Assembly (NCBI GenBank): GCA_041650615.1
Contig: JBAZKU010000001.1
Coordinates: 23,385 to 87,384 of the forward strand
DNA from: Minisyncoccota bacterium
GTDB taxonomy: Bacteria > Patescibacteriota > Minisyncoccia > Phycocordibacterales > UBA9973
DNA: 64,000 nt
Direction: 5' to 3'
In this document: in pieces, positions 63,215 through 64,000 of the stretch
How positions within the stretch are numbered: position 1 is the first letter of the stretch
Layout: the number at the start of each line of letters is the position of its first letter
Position numbers and translations under genes: made by a program
The notes under the pieces: model-generated
Told to the model about the DNA's origin: nothing
The model's input: only the letters and a program-made list of their open reading frames with translations
The model's database searches: none

Positions 63215-63820
63215 ATGATATCAAAACCAAAATTTAAAATAGGAAGAAGATTAGGGGCCGGGGTATACGACAAATGTCAAACTCCCAAGTTTTCAGCCTC
63301 TTCGGGAAAATTTGCAGGTCCTGGCGCGCGTCGTCCAAAAGCTTTATCTGAATACGGAACGCAACTTATTGAAAAGCAAAAAATTCGTTTTTCTTATGGA
63401 ATTACAGAACGTCAGCTTGCAAATTATGTTAAAAAAGCTTCTCATATTAAGGGTGCAGGCACTGCTGAGAAATTTTACGAAGAGCTTGAATCTCGCTTGG
63501 ATAATGTAATTTATAGAATGGGGCTTGCTCCAAGCAGACGGGCCGCCAGACAAATGGTTTCTCACGGGCATTTCGTTGTAAATAATCATAGAGTTACTAT
63601 TCCTTCCTATGAAGTACAGCCCAAAGATGTCATAAAAATTCGTGAAGGATCTAAGGTTAAGAAAATTTTTTACAATTTGGCTGAGAGAATTAAAGATTAC
63701 AATCCGCCGTCTTGGCTTTCTTTTGATGCAAGTAAGATGGAAGGAAATATTTTAGCTAAGCCCAAAAATACCGAGACTTTCCTTGATTTGAATGCTGTTC
63801 TGGAATTTTACAGCCGTTAA
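63215..63820 (+). CDS. rpsD: 30S ribosomal protein S4
   Basis: SEYGTQLIEKQK, ESRLDNVIYRMG, ARQMVSHGH, EFYSR. Confidence 0.97.
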   Translation: MISKPKFKIGRRLGAGVYDKCQTPKFSASSGKFAGPGARRPKALSEYGTQLIEKQKIRFSYGITERQLANYVKKASHIKGAGTAEKFYEELESRLDNVIYRMGLAPSRRAARQMVSHGHFVVNNHRVTIPSYEVQPKDVIKIREGSKVKKIFYNLAERIKDYNPPSWLSFDASKMEGNILAKPKNTETFLDLNAVLEFYSR

Positions 63821-63891
63821 CATTATCAATTTATTATCCGCCGTCGGCGGGACGAGTATTATTAAGTTTAAAAGTAACTTTTTATAAAATT

Positions 63892-64000
63892 ATGCCTGAA
63901 TATAAAATAATTATGCCTTCTAAACCTCGTGCTGTTTTAGAAGAAGAAAATAAAGGGATATTTGAAATAGACGGTTTGTATCCCGGATACGGCCATACTT
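63892..64000 (+). CDS. rpoA: RNA polymerase alpha subunit, 3'-truncated by the window edge
   Basis: ...KGIFEIDGLYPGYGHT immediately after rpsD. Confidence 0.9.
   Translation, partial: MPEYKIIMPSKPRAVLEEENKGIFEIDGLYPGYGHT

Overview
AT-rich (roughly one-third GC by eye) bacterial chromosome segment in genetic code 11. Gene content and the divergent 16S point to Patescibacteria/CPR, probably Parcubacteria (Nomurabacteria-like); this is an inference. The core is housekeeping: secA, secG, rnj, murC/D/E, ddl-like, gyrA, rpsA, infB-rbfA, iscS, clpB, typA, mltG, mnmA, alaS and infA-rpmJ-rpsM-rpsK-rpsD-rpoA, with one unlinked 16S rRNA lacking the anti-Shine-Dalgarno sequence and six tRNAs. Accessory features include a VirB2/TrbC-like pilin array, a cobalamin riboswitch upstream of two transcobalamin-like (DUF4430 / alpha-barrel) proteins, and a RAYT (HUH Y1) transposase flanked by its REP palindromes. 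The most striking unexplained structure is a dense population of small inverted-repeat elements. One family (TCCCGTTAGA...TCTAACGGGA and relatives, 10 copies) always ends exactly on the A of an ATG, and most copies duplicate ATGNN, so the start codon is regenerated. Other families duplicate a stop codon, a TATAAT box or a DnaA box. More than 15 GC-rich palindromes sit in frame inside conserved proteins, and one sits in the 16S rRNA. All coordinates were counted by hand and may be off by a few bases.
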